A DNA stretch of 64,000 nucleotides, taken from NCBI GenBank assembly GCA_963842125.1, contig CAWJFE010000005.1, forward strand, positions 1,230,910 through 1,294,909, written 5' to 3'. Under the pieces are notes generated by a model that did not search any database, was not told the DNA's origin, and saw nothing but the letters and a program-made list of their open reading frames with translations. Position numbers and translations under genes: made by a program. How positions within the stretch are numbered: position 1 is the stretch's first letter; each line of letters starts with the position of its first letter. The DNA is from an uncultured Alphaproteobacteria bacterium (GTDB taxonomy: Bacteria > Pseudomonadota > Alphaproteobacteria > Rhizobiales > CAWCWK01). Below are positions 11,529 through 22,400 of the stretch, one piece after another.

Positions 11529-12238
11529 CGACGAGCCATCCCCCGCTATCGGAACGGCTGACCGCGCTCGGGACTGTCGGATCGACGATGGACGAGGCGC
11601 GTTCTCGTCCAACGGGTGTGGTCGAGGCGCCGGTATGGGTGACGGCTGATCGTCAGACGGAGGGGCGTGGCCGGCGGGGACGGGACTGGACGTCCCCCTC
11701 GGGCAACCTCAACGCGACCGCGACCTTTCTGGTAGACGTACCATCGCGGCGCTTGCCGCAGTTGTGTTTTGTCGCCGGCGTCGCCATGTGCGAGGCGATA
11801 GATTGCGCCACGCCCGGCGTGGCGATCCGCCTGAAATGGCCGAACGACATTCTGCTCGAAGGAGGAAAGCTGGCGGGCTTGCTCGTCGAGAGCCGGATCA
11901 CCGGGGATTCTGCTGTCGCTACTATCGGGTTCGGCGTGAACCTGATGCCGGTGCAGCGGAGCGACAAAGAGGTCAGCTGGCTTGCCGGCACCGATCGAGA
12001 GCGCCTTCTTGCCGCGCTGGACGGGCAGCTTATCGCTTGGCTCGTGAAATGGCGCGAGGTTGGATTCGAACCGGTACGCGACGCTTGGTTGCGTTGGGGG
12101 CACCCGCTCGGAACGCCGGTCGCTCCGTCATCGCGCCCTTGCACGACGGGGCTTTTCGCGGGCCTCGGCGACGACGGCAGTCTCCTCATGGACACCGCCG
12201 AAGGCCGTGTCGTCATATCGAGCGGCGAACTGACCTGA
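11525..12238 (+). CDS. birA: Biotin--[acetyl-CoA-carboxylase] ligase (start uncertain: CTG 11525 or ATG 11588)
   Basis: QTEGRGRRGRDW, LKWPNDIL, KLAGLL; the in-frame TVGST(M)DEA motif spans the first ATG; usual position after nuoN. Confidence 0.9.
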   Translation: MTTSHPPLSERLTALGTVGSTMDEARSRPTGVVEAPVWVTADRQTEGRGRRGRDWTSPSGNLNATATFLVDVPSRRLPQLCFVAGVAMCEAIDCATPGVAIRLKWPNDILLEGGKLAGLLVESRITGDSAVATIGFGVNLMPVQRSDKEVSWLAGTDRERLLAALDGQLIAWLVKWREVGFEPVRDAWLRWGHPLGTPVAPSSRPCTTGLFAGLGDDGSLLMDTAEGRVVISSGELT

Positions 12239-12286
12239 CGACACCGAAGATATTAAAACGAAACGAATTTAAGGACACTCTTCAAC

Positions 12287-13943
12287 TTGACGGAATCATT
12301 GGTATTCCTGCCCCTTGGTGGGGCTGGCGAAATCGGTATGAACCTGGGGCTCTACGGCTTCGGGGATCAGCGCTCTCGTAAGTGGATCATGGTCGATCTG
12401 GGGATCGGCTTCACGGGAGGAAAGGTGCCGGGCGTCGATATCGTCGTGCCCGACACAACGTTCCTCAAGGGCGAGGACCTGCTCGGCATCGTCATCACCC
12501 ATGGTCACGAAGATCATATCGGCGCGGTCCTCGACCTCTACCCGCGCGTCACCGCCCCGATCTACGCGACGCCGTTCACTGCGGCGCTTCTCGCCGCCAA
12601 GCGTGGTGAGACCCGCGAGGCAGCGACGGAGCTCGATCTCCATACGGTACCTCTCGGTGGTACGATCGACATCGGGCCATTCAACATTCAGTTCATCAAC
12701 GTCGCGCACTCGATCCCCGAGTCGAATGCGCTGGCGATCACCACACCGGTCGGCCGCGTGCTGCACACCGGCGACTGGCGGCTCGATCCGGAGCCCGTCG
12801 TCGGGCAGGTGACGGACGAGGCCGCGCTGCGAGCCTTTGGCGACACGGGCGTCGATGCGATGGTCTGCGACTCGACCAACGCGCTGCGCGAGGGCGAAAG
12901 CCCCTCCGAGGGAGAGATCGGCCGTAATATCGCGGAGCTGATCAAGGATGCGCCCAATCGGGTGGCCGTCACGATTTTCTCGTCCAACGTTGCGCGTATC
13001 CGTTCGATCGCGGAGGCCGCGCGTGCCGCCGACCGGCAGGTCGTCGCGTCGGGGCGCTCGATGTGGCGGATGATCCAGGTCGCGACCGAATGCGGCTATC
13101 TCGATGGCCTGCCGCCCTTCCAGGATCAGAACGCCTTCAGCCATCTCCCGCGCGAAGAAGGTCGTCCTTCTCTGCACTGGCAGTCAGGGCGAGGACCGTG
13201 CCGCGCTTGCCCGTATTGCGCGCGACGACCATCCGGAGATCACGCTTAGCAGGGACGACCGGGTCATCTTCTCGTCGCGCGCCATTCCGGGCAACGAGCG
13301 GTCGGTCAACACCGTCATCAATGCACTGATCGATCAGGGCGTCGAAGTCATCACCGACCGCACGCACCTCGTCCACGTTACGGGCCACCCCCGGCGCGAC
13401 GAGCTGCGGCGAATGTACGATTGGGTGAAGCCGAAGCTTCTCGTTCCCGTCCACGGCGAGGCTCTGCACATGCACGAGCAAGCCGACCTCGCCCGCGAAA
13501 GCGGGATCCCCGAGGTTGCGATGGTGAAGGATGGGCAAATGCTTCGCCTGCTGGGCGGCTCGGCGAAGGTCGTCGATGAGGTCCCCGTCGGCATGATCGC
13601 GCGCGACGGCCGGCTCCTCATACCGGCGGTCGATCCGTCCTATCGCGAGCGCGACAAGCTCGCCGAGGCGGGCGTCGTCCTGGTCACGCTCGCCATGAAC
13701 GAGCGCGGCGATCTGGCGTCCGATGTCGAGGTCGAGACCATCGGCATGCCGGGAGAGGGCACGAGCTTCGATGCGGCGCAGGCCGCGCTCGATGCGGCGA
13801 TCGGCGCTTTGGAGAGCATGCCCAGGTCGCGTCGTCGCGACGACGAGAAGGTGACGGAATCGCTCCGTCGCGCGGTGCGCAACACGATCTACCAGACCTG
13901 GGGCAAGCGCCCGGCGTGCAGCGTCCTCGTCAACTGGGTCTAG
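12287..13943 (+). CDS. rnj: Ribonuclease J, interrupted by a +1 frameshift near 13155
   Basis: PLGGAGEIGMN, THGHEDHIG, HSIPE and CDSTN lie in the first frame; CTGSQGE, IPGNE, HVTGHP and PVHGE lie in the second frame. Confidence 0.92.
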
Positions 13944-13944
13944 G

Positions 13945-14358
13945 ATGATCGGCCGCCTCAACCACATCGCCATCGCCGTCGCCGATCTCGATGCGGCGGC
14001 GGTGCGATATCGAGACGTGTTCGGCGCGAACGTCTCCGCTCCCAAACGGCTGGACGAACACGGCGTCACCGTCGTCTTCGTGACGCTACCCAACAGCAAG
14101 GTCGAGTTGATGGCGCCGCTGGGGCCCAATTCGCCCGTTGCGAAGTTCGTAGCGAAGGGCGGAGGGATCCACCACGTCTGCTATGAGGTGGCGCAACTGG
14201 CCGATGCGATACCGGTTCTCGAGGCCGCAGGTTATCGCCTTCTCGGCGACGGAACCCCGAGGATCGGCGCGCACGGAACGTCCGTCGTGTTCCTCCATCC
14301 CGCCGATACCGACGGAGCATTGATCGAACTGGAGGAAGTCGGCGGCGATGGCGTCTGA
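13945..14358 (+). CDS. mce: Methylmalonyl-CoA epimerase
   Basis: RLNHIAIAV, GGIHHVCYEV, IGAHG..VVFLHP...LIELE; usual position after rnj. Confidence 0.93.
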   Translation: MIGRLNHIAIAVADLDAAAVRYRDVFGANVSAPKRLDEHGVTVVFVTLPNSKVELMAPLGPNSPVAKFVAKGGGIHHVCYEVAQLADAIPVLEAAGYRLLGDGTPRIGAHGTSVVFLHPADTDGALIELEEVGGDGV

Positions 14359-14794
14359 ATGGGTATGGACGCTTCTGGTCGCCTACGGCCTTGCCTTCGC
14401 CTTCGTCGTGGTGGCGCAGACGTTGCGCGATCCGGTCGACGGTGACACTGCGCCGACCTTCGCCGCGATGGCGGGGAGGGGTCTTCTTATCGGAACCGTT
14501 CTCGCCGTTATCGGCGGCGCGGCTCTCATCTCCGTGTCGTTGCTGGCTGTCTACTTCGTCATTTGGTGGACGGTGCTTTTTGCCGTTCTGCCGTTCGGAG
14601 CGCGTAGCCAGGCGGATGCGGCGACCGTAGTGCCCGGCACAGAGCCCGCCGCACCAATTCGGCCGAGAATCGCAGCGAAGTCCATCGCCACGACGATCAT
14701 TGCGACCGTGCTCTTCGCCGTCTTCTACTGGGTACGATTCCAGAGCGGTCTGACGCTCGACGACATTCCGTTCCAGCGTGAACTGAGGTACTGA
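14348..14794 (+). CDS. DUF1467 family membrane protein with N-terminal extension
   Basis: AVYFVIWWTVLFAVLPFG.RSQ....VPGTEP.AP signature; position after mce. Confidence 0.85.
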   Translation: MASEWVWTLLVAYGLAFAFVVVAQTLRDPVDGDTAPTFAAMAGRGLLIGTVLAVIGGAALISVSLLAVYFVIWWTVLFAVLPFGARSQADAATVVPGTEPAAPIRPRIAAKSIATTIIATVLFAVFYWVRFQSGLTLDDIPFQRELRY

Positions 14795-14822
14795 GCAGCG
14801 ATCCTACCATGAGACAGAGCGG

Positions 14823-15716
14823 ATGCAGACCCTTCGACATCCGCTGATGACGGCGATCCTTGCGATGGCGCTGCTCTCCAGCATGGACGCGCTGGTCAAA
14901 TACGCGTCGGCCAGCGTGAGCATCTGGGAGATCGTATGGCTGCGCTATGGGTTCGGTCTGGCGATGGCGATACCCTTCGCATGGCAGCCTCTCCGGGCGG
15001 GCCTCTCGCGCTCTTCGCTCGTACCCAATCTCGGCCGCGGCATTCTCGTGATCCTCACGGCATCGAGCTTCTTCTTCGCCCTCAGTCGCCTTCCGCTGCT
15101 GGAAGCCATAACGCTCGCCTTCACCGCGCCGATCTGGATTCTGGTGATCGCCAGGGTGCTGCTCGGTGAGCCCTTCACCGCTCGGGCGTCGGGCGCGGTC
15201 GGGCTAGGGTTCGCCGGCGTTCTCGTCGTCTATCTGTTCTCCGGGGCCGACGCATCCGGCACGCGCGACATGCTCGGGATCGCAGCGGCGCTGTCGGCGG
15301 CATTCACCTTGGCGCTATCCCTTGTGCTCGTCCGCCAGCGCGCGGCGCACGACCCGGTGCCGGTGATGGTGCTCCTCCAGACGGTCTCCGCCTTCGTCAT
15401 CGCCACGCCGATCGGCATCGCGGCCTGGAACGGCATTCCATCGAACCTCTGGATCGTCTTCGCAATCATCGGTGTCTTCGGAACGCTCGGCCATTTGCTT
15501 TTGTCGAGCAGCTTCGCGCGTGCGCGTGCCTCTGACATCGCGCCAGCGGAATATACCGCCTTCATCTGGGCCATCCTATTCGGCGCGGTCTTCTTCGACG
15601 AATGGCCGGGGCTTCAGCACGTCGTGGCGGCCGGGCTCATCGCGCTCGGCTGCGCAGTGGCATCCCGCGCGAAGCCGGAGGTCGCGATAGCCGCTCGCCC
15701 TATCGCTGAAACGTAG
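14823..15716 (+). CDS. DMT/EamA family transporter
   Basis: About 10 hydrophobic segments in two EamA-like halves; LPLLEAITLAFTAP, APAEYTAFIWA. Confidence 0.85.
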   Translation: MQTLRHPLMTAILAMALLSSMDALVKYASASVSIWEIVWLRYGFGLAMAIPFAWQPLRAGLSRSSLVPNLGRGILVILTASSFFFALSRLPLLEAITLAFTAPIWILVIARVLLGEPFTARASGAVGLGFAGVLVVYLFSGADASGTRDMLGIAAALSAAFTLALSLVLVRQRAAHDPVPVMVLLQTVSAFVIATPIGIAAWNGIPSNLWIVFAIIGVFGTLGHLLLSSSFARARASDIAPAEYTAFIWAILFGAVFFDEWPGLQHVVAAGLIALGCAVASRAKPEVAIAARPIAET

Positions 15717-15741
15717 AAAGGCCACCCTCGCGGGTGACCTT
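15714..15741 (-). terminator. Intrinsic terminator-like hairpin
   Basis: Minus strand AAGGUCACCC-GCGA-GGGUGGCCUU then UCU; one G-U pair that becomes a C/A mismatch on the plus strand. Confidence 0.55.
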
Positions 15742-15890
15742 CCTCGTCGCGTCTGCACGTTTCCGCGGCGCGATGCCTCTTCCGGCGTGAGCCGTTCGGG
15801 CCGTTCCTCCCAGACCTGAGCCGGTAGCCTGACGCTATGCTTCGGTCCTTCTTATGAACCCGACCGTAGCGAGACTTCACGGAGATGTCA
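15718..15890 (-). ncRNA. Putative small RNA, alpha-r9 (Smr9C)-like, divergent from proS; 5' end approximate
   Basis: About 300-bp gap upstream of proS; GTCTGGGAGGA core on the minus strand (15805-15815); 3' hairpin that pairs fully only in the minus orientation. Family assignment rests on my recollection of alpha-r9 synteny and motif. Confidence 0.5.
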
Positions 15891-16013
15891 CCCATTTAGG
15901 CGGCGGGTGCACATTAAATGTGCGCCGGGCACCGCGCTTGCATTTCCGCCGCGTTGGTCTGACAAGCACGGCCCGCAAATCCTTTCCCTCAAGTCCCAGA
16001 GCGACCCGTCCGC

Positions 16014-17336
16014 ATGCGCCTCAGCCGCTACTTCCTGCCGATCCTGCGCAACGACCCGTCCGAGGCCGAGATCGTCTCGCATCGCCTCATGCTGCGGGCG
16101 GGCATGATCCGACAGCAGGCGGCCGGCTCCTACGCCTGGCTGCCGCTAGGGCTGCGCGTACTGGAGAAGATCAACGCCATCGTCCGCGAGGAGCAGAACC
16201 GGGCCGGCGCTGTCGAGTTGAAGATGCCGACGATCCAGTCCGCCGATCTCTGGCGCGAATCCGGCCGCTATGACGACTACGGCAAGGAGATGCTGCGCAT
16301 TCAGGATCGGCATGAGCGCGACATGCTCTACGGCCCGACCAACGAGGAGATGATCACCGACATCTTCCGAAGTTCGGTGAAGAGCTACAAGCAGCTGCCG
16401 CTCAATCTCTATCACATCCAGTGGAAGTTCCGGGACGAGGTGCGCCCGCGCTTCGGCGTCATGCGCAGCCGCGAATTCCTGATGAAGGACGCCTATTCGT
16501 TCGACCTCGACGAGGTCAGTGCGCGTCAGTCCTACAATCGGATGTTCGTCGCCTATCTTCGAACCTTCGCGCGCATGGGTTTGAAGGCCATTCCCATGCG
16601 GGCGGATACCGGTCCCATCGGCGGCGACCTCAGCCATGAGTTCATCATTCTCGCCTCGACCGGGGAGTCGGAGGTCTTCTGCGACAAGGCCGTCATCGAA
16701 ATGACGCCGCCCGCCGAAGACATCGACTTCGACTCCGACCTTCAGCCGATCTTCGACGCCTGGACGGCGCCCTATGCCGCCACGGAAGAGATGCACGATG
16801 CCGCTGCCTTCGACGCGCTACCCGACGAGCGGAAGGTAAGCGCTCGGGGCATCGAAGTTGGACACATCTTCTATTTTGGGACCAAGTATTCCGAGGCCAT
16901 GCGCGCCACCGTTCAGGATGCGGATGGCAAGGAACGCGAGGTCCACATGGGCTCCTATGGCATCGGTCCGACCCGCCTGGCCGCGGCCATCATCGAGGCG
17001 AGCCATGACGACAAGGGCATCATCTGGCCCGAAGCCGTCGCACCGTTCGACGTCGCACTCATCAACCTCAAGGCCGGAGACAGCGACACCGACGCAGCCT
17101 GCGAGGACGCGTACGCAAAGCTGCACGCGACCGGCATCGACGTCCTCTACGACGATACGAAGGAGCGCCCCGGCTCCAAGTTCGCGACGGCCGAGCTTAT
17201 CGGCCTGCCGCGCCAGCTCATCATCGGACCGCGCGGATTGAAGTCCGGCATGGTCGAACTCGCGACCCGTGCAACCGGCGAGCGCGACGAGATGACCGTC
17301 GAAGCCGCGATGAACGCACTGACCGCGAAGGGCTGA
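16014..17336 (+). CDS. proS: Proline--tRNA ligase (short form without INS editing domain)
   Basis: [48 protein letters not shown]. Confidence 0.98.
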   Translation: MRLSRYFLPILRNDPSEAEIVSHRLMLRAGMIRQQAAGSYAWLPLGLRVLEKINAIVREEQNRAGAVELKMPTIQSADLWRESGRYDDYGKEMLRIQDRHERDMLYGPTNEEMITDIFRSSVKSYKQLPLNLYHIQWKFRDEVRPRFGVMRSREFLMKDAYSFDLDEVSARQSYNRMFVAYLRTFARMGLKAIPMRADTGPIGGDLSHEFIILASTGESEVFCDKAVIEMTPPAEDIDFDSDLQPIFDAWTAPYAATEEMHDAAAFDALPDERKVSARGIEVGHIFYFGTKYSEAMRATVQDADGKEREVHMGSYGIGPTRLAAAIIEASHDDKGIIWPEAVAPFDVALINLKAGDSDTDAACEDAYAKLHATGIDVLYDDTKERPGSKFATAELIGLPRQLIIGPRGLKSGMVELATRATGERDEMTVEAAMNALTAKG

Positions 17337-17340
17337 CCCG

Positions 17341-18633
17341 ATGGCGGAGACCGAGGACACACCGGCGCCGGTCAGGAAGGGTCCAGGCCCGTTCTCCCGC
17401 TTCGAGTGGATGATCGCCTCGCGCTATTTGCGGGCGCGCCGCAAGGAAACGTTCATCTCGGTTATCGCCGGTTTCTCCTTCATAGGCATCATGTTGGGCG
17501 TCGCGACGCTCATCATCGTCATGTCCGTCATGAATGGTTTTCGGCAGGAGTTGATGTCGAAGATTCTCGGCCTGAACGGCCATCTACTCATCCAGACATT
17601 CGATCAGCCGACACGCGACTACGAGGGCATTCGCACGGTCATCGAAGGCGTGGACGGCGTCGAGTTCGCGATAGCCTTCGTTGAGGGACAGGCGCTCGCA
17701 AGCAGCGATGTCGGTGCGTCCGGCGCGCTCGTGCGCGGTCTGACGCCGGAGGATCTCGCCAAACTGACCTCGATCGCCGACAGCGCGGGACAGGGTGCCA
17801 TGGACCGTTTCGCGGCCGAGGGCGGCGTCCTGCCGGGCGGACGTCTGGCAGGTTCGCTCGGGCTCGGCACGGGAGACAACCTTACGCTCGTGAGCCCGCG
17901 CGGCGAGGTCACGCCCTTCGGTGTCACGCCGCGCATCGTCGGCTATCCGATCGTCGGCACGTTTCAGATCGGCATGGCCGAGTTCGACAGCGCTATCGTC
18001 TATCTGCCCCTCGCCGAGGCACAGGACTACTTCAACACCGGCGAGGGCGTGACGGCGATCGAGGTCTATATCGACGATCCGGACGATGTGGACGCGGTTC
18101 ACGAGCGCATCGCCGCCGCCGTGCCGGAACCGCTGATCGTCACCGATTGGCGCCAGAGGAACGCGACATTCTTCTCGGCGTTGCAGATCGAGCGGAATGT
18201 GATGTTCGTCATCCTCACGCTCATCGTCCTCGTCGCGGCGCTCAACATCGTCTCTGGCCTCACGATGCTGGTGAAGGACAAGGGTAAGGACATCGCAATC
18301 GTCCGCACCATGGGGGCCACGCGTGGCGCGATCCTGCGCATTTTCGTCATGACGGGTGCCGCCATCGGTGTCGTCGGAACCCTGGCGGGTCTCGTCCTCG
18401 GCACCATCATCTGTCTGAACGTCGAGAACCTGCGCCAGCTCCTCTCGCGCCTAAGCGGGACCGAACTCTTCTCGCCGGACATATACTTCCTTTCGCAGCT
18501 GCCGGCCGAGATGGAGGCGGGGGAGGTGACGATGGTCGTCGTGATGGCGCTTGTCCTTTCACTTCTCGCCACCCTCTATCCGGCTTGGAGAGCGGCGCAA
18601 CTCGATCCCGTTCAGGCTCTGCGCAACGAATGA
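17341..18633 (+). CDS. lolE: Lipoprotein-releasing ABC transporter permease (LolC/E type)
   Basis: [47 protein letters not shown]. Confidence 0.93.
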   Translation: MAETEDTPAPVRKGPGPFSRFEWMIASRYLRARRKETFISVIAGFSFIGIMLGVATLIIVMSVMNGFRQELMSKILGLNGHLLIQTFDQPTRDYEGIRTVIEGVDGVEFAIAFVEGQALASSDVGASGALVRGLTPEDLAKLTSIADSAGQGAMDRFAAEGGVLPGGRLAGSLGLGTGDNLTLVSPRGEVTPFGVTPRIVGYPIVGTFQIGMAEFDSAIVYLPLAEAQDYFNTGEGVTAIEVYIDDPDDVDAVHERIAAAVPEPLIVTDWRQRNATFFSALQIERNVMFVILTLIVLVAALNIVSGLTMLVKDKGKDIAIVRTMGATRGAILRIFVMTGAAIGVVGTLAGLVLGTIICLNVENLRQLLSRLSGTELFSPDIYFLSQLPAEMEAGEVTMVVVMALVLSLLATLYPAWRAAQLDPVQALRNE

Positions 18634-19313
18634 ACGCCGCACCTCTCCGCCTCGAAGGCGTCACCCGGACCTTCTCCCAAGGCGAACAGACGCTCGATGT
18701 TCTGCGCGGGGTCGACTTGACGCTCAACGAGGGCGAACTCGTCGCGCTCGTCGGCCCTTCGGGTTCCGGCAAGTCGACCCTCCTCCAAATTGCCGGCCTT
18801 CTGGAGCCTCCGGATGGCGGCGAGGTCTATTTGAACGGCGAGGCGAGCCGCGCTTTGAACGACGACGCCCGCGCGGCCCTGCGCCGGGATGCGATCGGCT
18901 TCGTCTATCAGGCGCATCATCTTCTCCCCGAATTCAGTGCGATCGAGAACGTCGTCCTCCCGCAGCTCATCGCCGGCCTCGACAATGCGGAGGCGGACGA
19001 GCGGGGGCGGCAGCTTCTCGGCATGCTCGGCTTAGAGGACCGCGCCGACCATCGCCCGTCCGAACTCTCGGGCGGCGAGCAGCAGCGCGTCGCGGTCGCC
19101 CGCGCTCTGGCCAATGCGCCGAGCGTGCTCCTGGCCGATGAGCCGACGGGGAACCTCGACCCCGATACATCGGAGCGCGTCTTCAAGCTATTGACCGGAC
19201 TGGTGAAAGCCGCGCGCGTTGCCGCGCTCGTCGCTACCCACAACCTCGATCTCGCGGCCCGTATGGACCGGCGCGTGACCGTGCGAGACGGGGTCGTCGT
19301 CGAACTCGACTGA
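18630..19313 (+). CDS. lolD: Lipoprotein-releasing ABC transporter ATP-binding protein
   Basis: Walker [26 protein letters not shown]; ATGA overlap with the lolE stop. Confidence 0.93.
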   Translation: MNAAPLRLEGVTRTFSQGEQTLDVLRGVDLTLNEGELVALVGPSGSGKSTLLQIAGLLEPPDGGEVYLNGEASRALNDDARAALRRDAIGFVYQAHHLLPEFSAIENVVLPQLIAGLDNAEADERGRQLLGMLGLEDRADHRPSELSGGEQQRVAVARALANAPSVLLADEPTGNLDPDTSERVFKLLTGLVKAARVAALVATHNLDLAARMDRRVTVRDGVVVELD

Positions 19314-19478
19314 CGTGGCGGGCCCGCCACAGGCTGGCGACGACGATGGGCGAGATCCACATCCGTTGAAGACTCCCGCCGAAGACTCCTGTTGATAACC
19401 GTGCGGCCGGGGCGGGGCGGAAGGGACTCGTCCACCCCTTCCGATCCATCTTGGAGGTCTTTCCCGGAGGCAGAGTTC

Positions 19479-22400
19479 ATGAGTCGCGGTGCGGAACAGG
19501 CCTTCGTCCATCTCCGCGTCCATAGCGCCTATTCCCTCTCCGAGGGTGCTCTGAAGATCGACCGGCTCGTCGGGCTTGCTCAGGCAGACGGCCAGCCCGC
19601 GGTCGCGCTGACCGACACCAATAACCTCTTCGGTGCGCTCGAATTTTCCGAGAAGGCGAAGGCGAAGGGCGTGCAGCCCATCGTCGGACTGTCGCTGTCG
19701 CTCGACGTCGGCGATGCACCCGACCGCAACGGGCGCCCGAAGCCCATGCCGGCTATCGCCCTCCTTGCCGCCAATGAGACCGGCTATCGCAACCTCATGG
19801 CTCTTGCGAGCTACGCCTATCTCTCGAAGGCAGACGAGGAGGCGCCCCATTCCGACTGGGACACGCTGCGCCGGCACTCGGAAGGGGTCCTCGCTCTCGC
19901 AGGCGGCCCGGGCGGCCCGCTCGACACCGCTCTTCGCGACGGTCGTGAGGATGACGCCTCGGAGCGGCTCGACACCCTGCTTTCGATCTACGGCGATTCC
20001 CTCTGGATGGAGCTACAGCGCCATAGCGGCGCGAAACATGCGAAGGTGGAGCCCTGGCTCGTCGAGCGCGCCTTCGCGCGCGGCATCCCCATCGTCGCGA
20101 CGAACCAGTGCTATTTTCCGGAGAGCGCCGATTACGAGGCGCATGACGCGTTGCGCTGCATCGCCAATGCCGAGTTCGTCGGTGACGAGCGACGCGCTCG
20201 CTTGCCGGAAACGCACCACTTCCGCTCCCGGGCCGAAATGGCCGAACTCTTCGCTGACCTGCCCGAGGCGCTGGAACAGACGTTGGAGATCGCTCACCAA
20301 TGCTCGCACCGCCCGCTGAAAAGGGCGCCGCTGTTGCCGCGCTTCACCGGGGGCGCGAGCGCCGATGCCGAGGCGGCTGAGAACGCGGAAGCGCAAGCTC
20401 TGCGTGATCAGGCGGCCGCCGGCCTAAAGGAACGTCTCCGCACGCGTGGGCTGGTCGCGGGCAAGGACCGAAAAGAGTACGAAGATCGCTTGGCTTACGA
20501 GCTCGACGTAATCGAGAACATGAAGTTCCCAGGCTACTTCCTCATCGTCTCGGACTTCATCAAGTGGGCCAAGGCACAGGGTATTCCGGTCGGGCCCGGA
20601 CGCGGTTCGGGTGCGGGTTCGCTCGTCGCCTATTCGCTGATGATCACGGACCTCGATCCGCTCCAGTTCGACCTCCTCTTCGAGCGCTTCCTCAATCCTG
20701 AACGTGTGTCGATGCCGGACTTCGACATCGACTTCTGTCAGGAGCGCCGCGACGAGGTGATCGCCTATGTGCGCGATCGCTACGGGCATGATCAGGTCGC
20801 GGCCATTATCACCTTCGGAACGCTGCAGGCCCGCGCCGTGCTGCGCGATGTCGGCCGCGTGCTCGAGATGCCGTTTCGGCAGGTCGATGGCCTGTGCAAG
20901 CTTGTACCGTTCGTTCCGACGAACCCGAAGACCCTCCAACAGAGCATTGACGAGGAGCCGCGCCTCAAGGCCGAGCGCGATCGCGACCCGCATGTCCGGC
21001 GCCTCATGGATATCGCGCTCAAGCTCGAGGGGCTGCATCGCCACGCCTCGACGCATGCTGCGGGCGTCGTCATCGGCGACAGACCGCTGCACGAGTTGGT
21101 GGCGCTCTTCCGGGACCCGCGTTCGCCGATGCCGGCGACCCAGTTCAACATGAAGTGGGTCGAGAGCGCCGGGCTGGTGAAGTTCGACTTTCTTGGCCTC
21201 AAGACACTCACCGTCGTGCAGCACGCCGTCAATCTCATACAGGAGAAGGGCGACGTGGCGTTCGATATCAACGCGATCCCGCTCGACGATCCTGCGGCCT
21301 ACAAGGTCATGGCGGATGCGGAGACGACCGGCGTCTTCCAGCTGGAATCCGTCGGCATGCGGCGCGCACTGGCGGACATGCAGCCCGACCGGTTCGAGGA
21401 CATCATCGCGGCCGTGTCGCTATACCGGCCAGGTCCGATGGCGAACATTCCGACCTACTGCGCGCGAAAGCGCGGCGACGAGGAGGTGGATGTCCTCCAC
21501 CCCAAACTGAAGGACATTCTCGGACCGACCTACGGCATCATCGTCTACCAGGAACAGGTGATGCAGATCGCGCAGGTGCTGGCCGGCTACTCGCTCGCCG
21601 AAGCCGACCTCTTGCGCCGCGCGATGGGCAAGAAGATCCGCGCCGAGATGGAGGCGCAGCGCGCCCGGTTCGTGGAGGGCGCCGTTGCGCGCGATGTCGA
21701 TGCCGGCCAGGCCAGCATGATCTTCGACCTCGTCGCCAAGTTCGCCGAATACGGGTTCAACAAGTCGCACGCGGCCTGCTACGCCCTCATCGCCTATCAG
21801 ACGGCCTGGCTGAAAGCGCACTACCCGCGCGAGCTCTTCTGCGCGCTGATGACCTACGATCAGGGCAATACCGACAAACTGGGCGAATTCGTACGTGACG
21901 CGAAGGAAAAGGGCATTCCCATCCGCCCGCCATGCGTGAACGAAGGGCAGGGCGTCTTTGCGCGGTGGCCGGAGAGCGAGCCGGGCCGCGCGAACGGCGA
22001 ACCCTCCATTGCCTATTCCTTGGCCGCCGTGAAAGGCGTGGGCGAGAACGTCGTCGCCGAGATCGTCGCGGCACGGGATGGAAAGCGCTTCGAGTCCCTG
22101 TCGGATTTCGTCGGTCGGATGCCGGCAAAGGTCGTCAACAAGCGCTCGATGGAATGCCTGGCTGCCGCGGGTGCCTTCGACGGTTTGGAGAAGAACCGCC
22201 GCGCGATCCTCGACGGGATCGAGGTGCTGATGCGGGAGATGAATCAGTCGGGCGCGCAGGACGGTGGCATGTTCGGCGAGTTGATGGTCGCCGCAAAGGT
22301 GAAGCTGCCGAGCGTCGAACCCTTTACGCTCTCGCAAAAGCTCGATCGCGAGCACAGCGCGGTAGGCTTCTACGTCTCCGGCCATCCGCTCGACGAGGAC

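Noticed and set aside
12050-12075. tRNA-like 3' end on the minus strand (GGTTCGAATCC...CGCCA)
   Set aside because: The T-stem does not pair (ACCGG/CCAAC), there is no cloverleaf, and it lies inside birA coding sequence.
12250-12275. AT-rich patch with two TTAA before rnj
   Set aside because: The spacing is 12 nt rather than the 7 nt of a CtrA site; probably just the translation initiation region for the TTG start.
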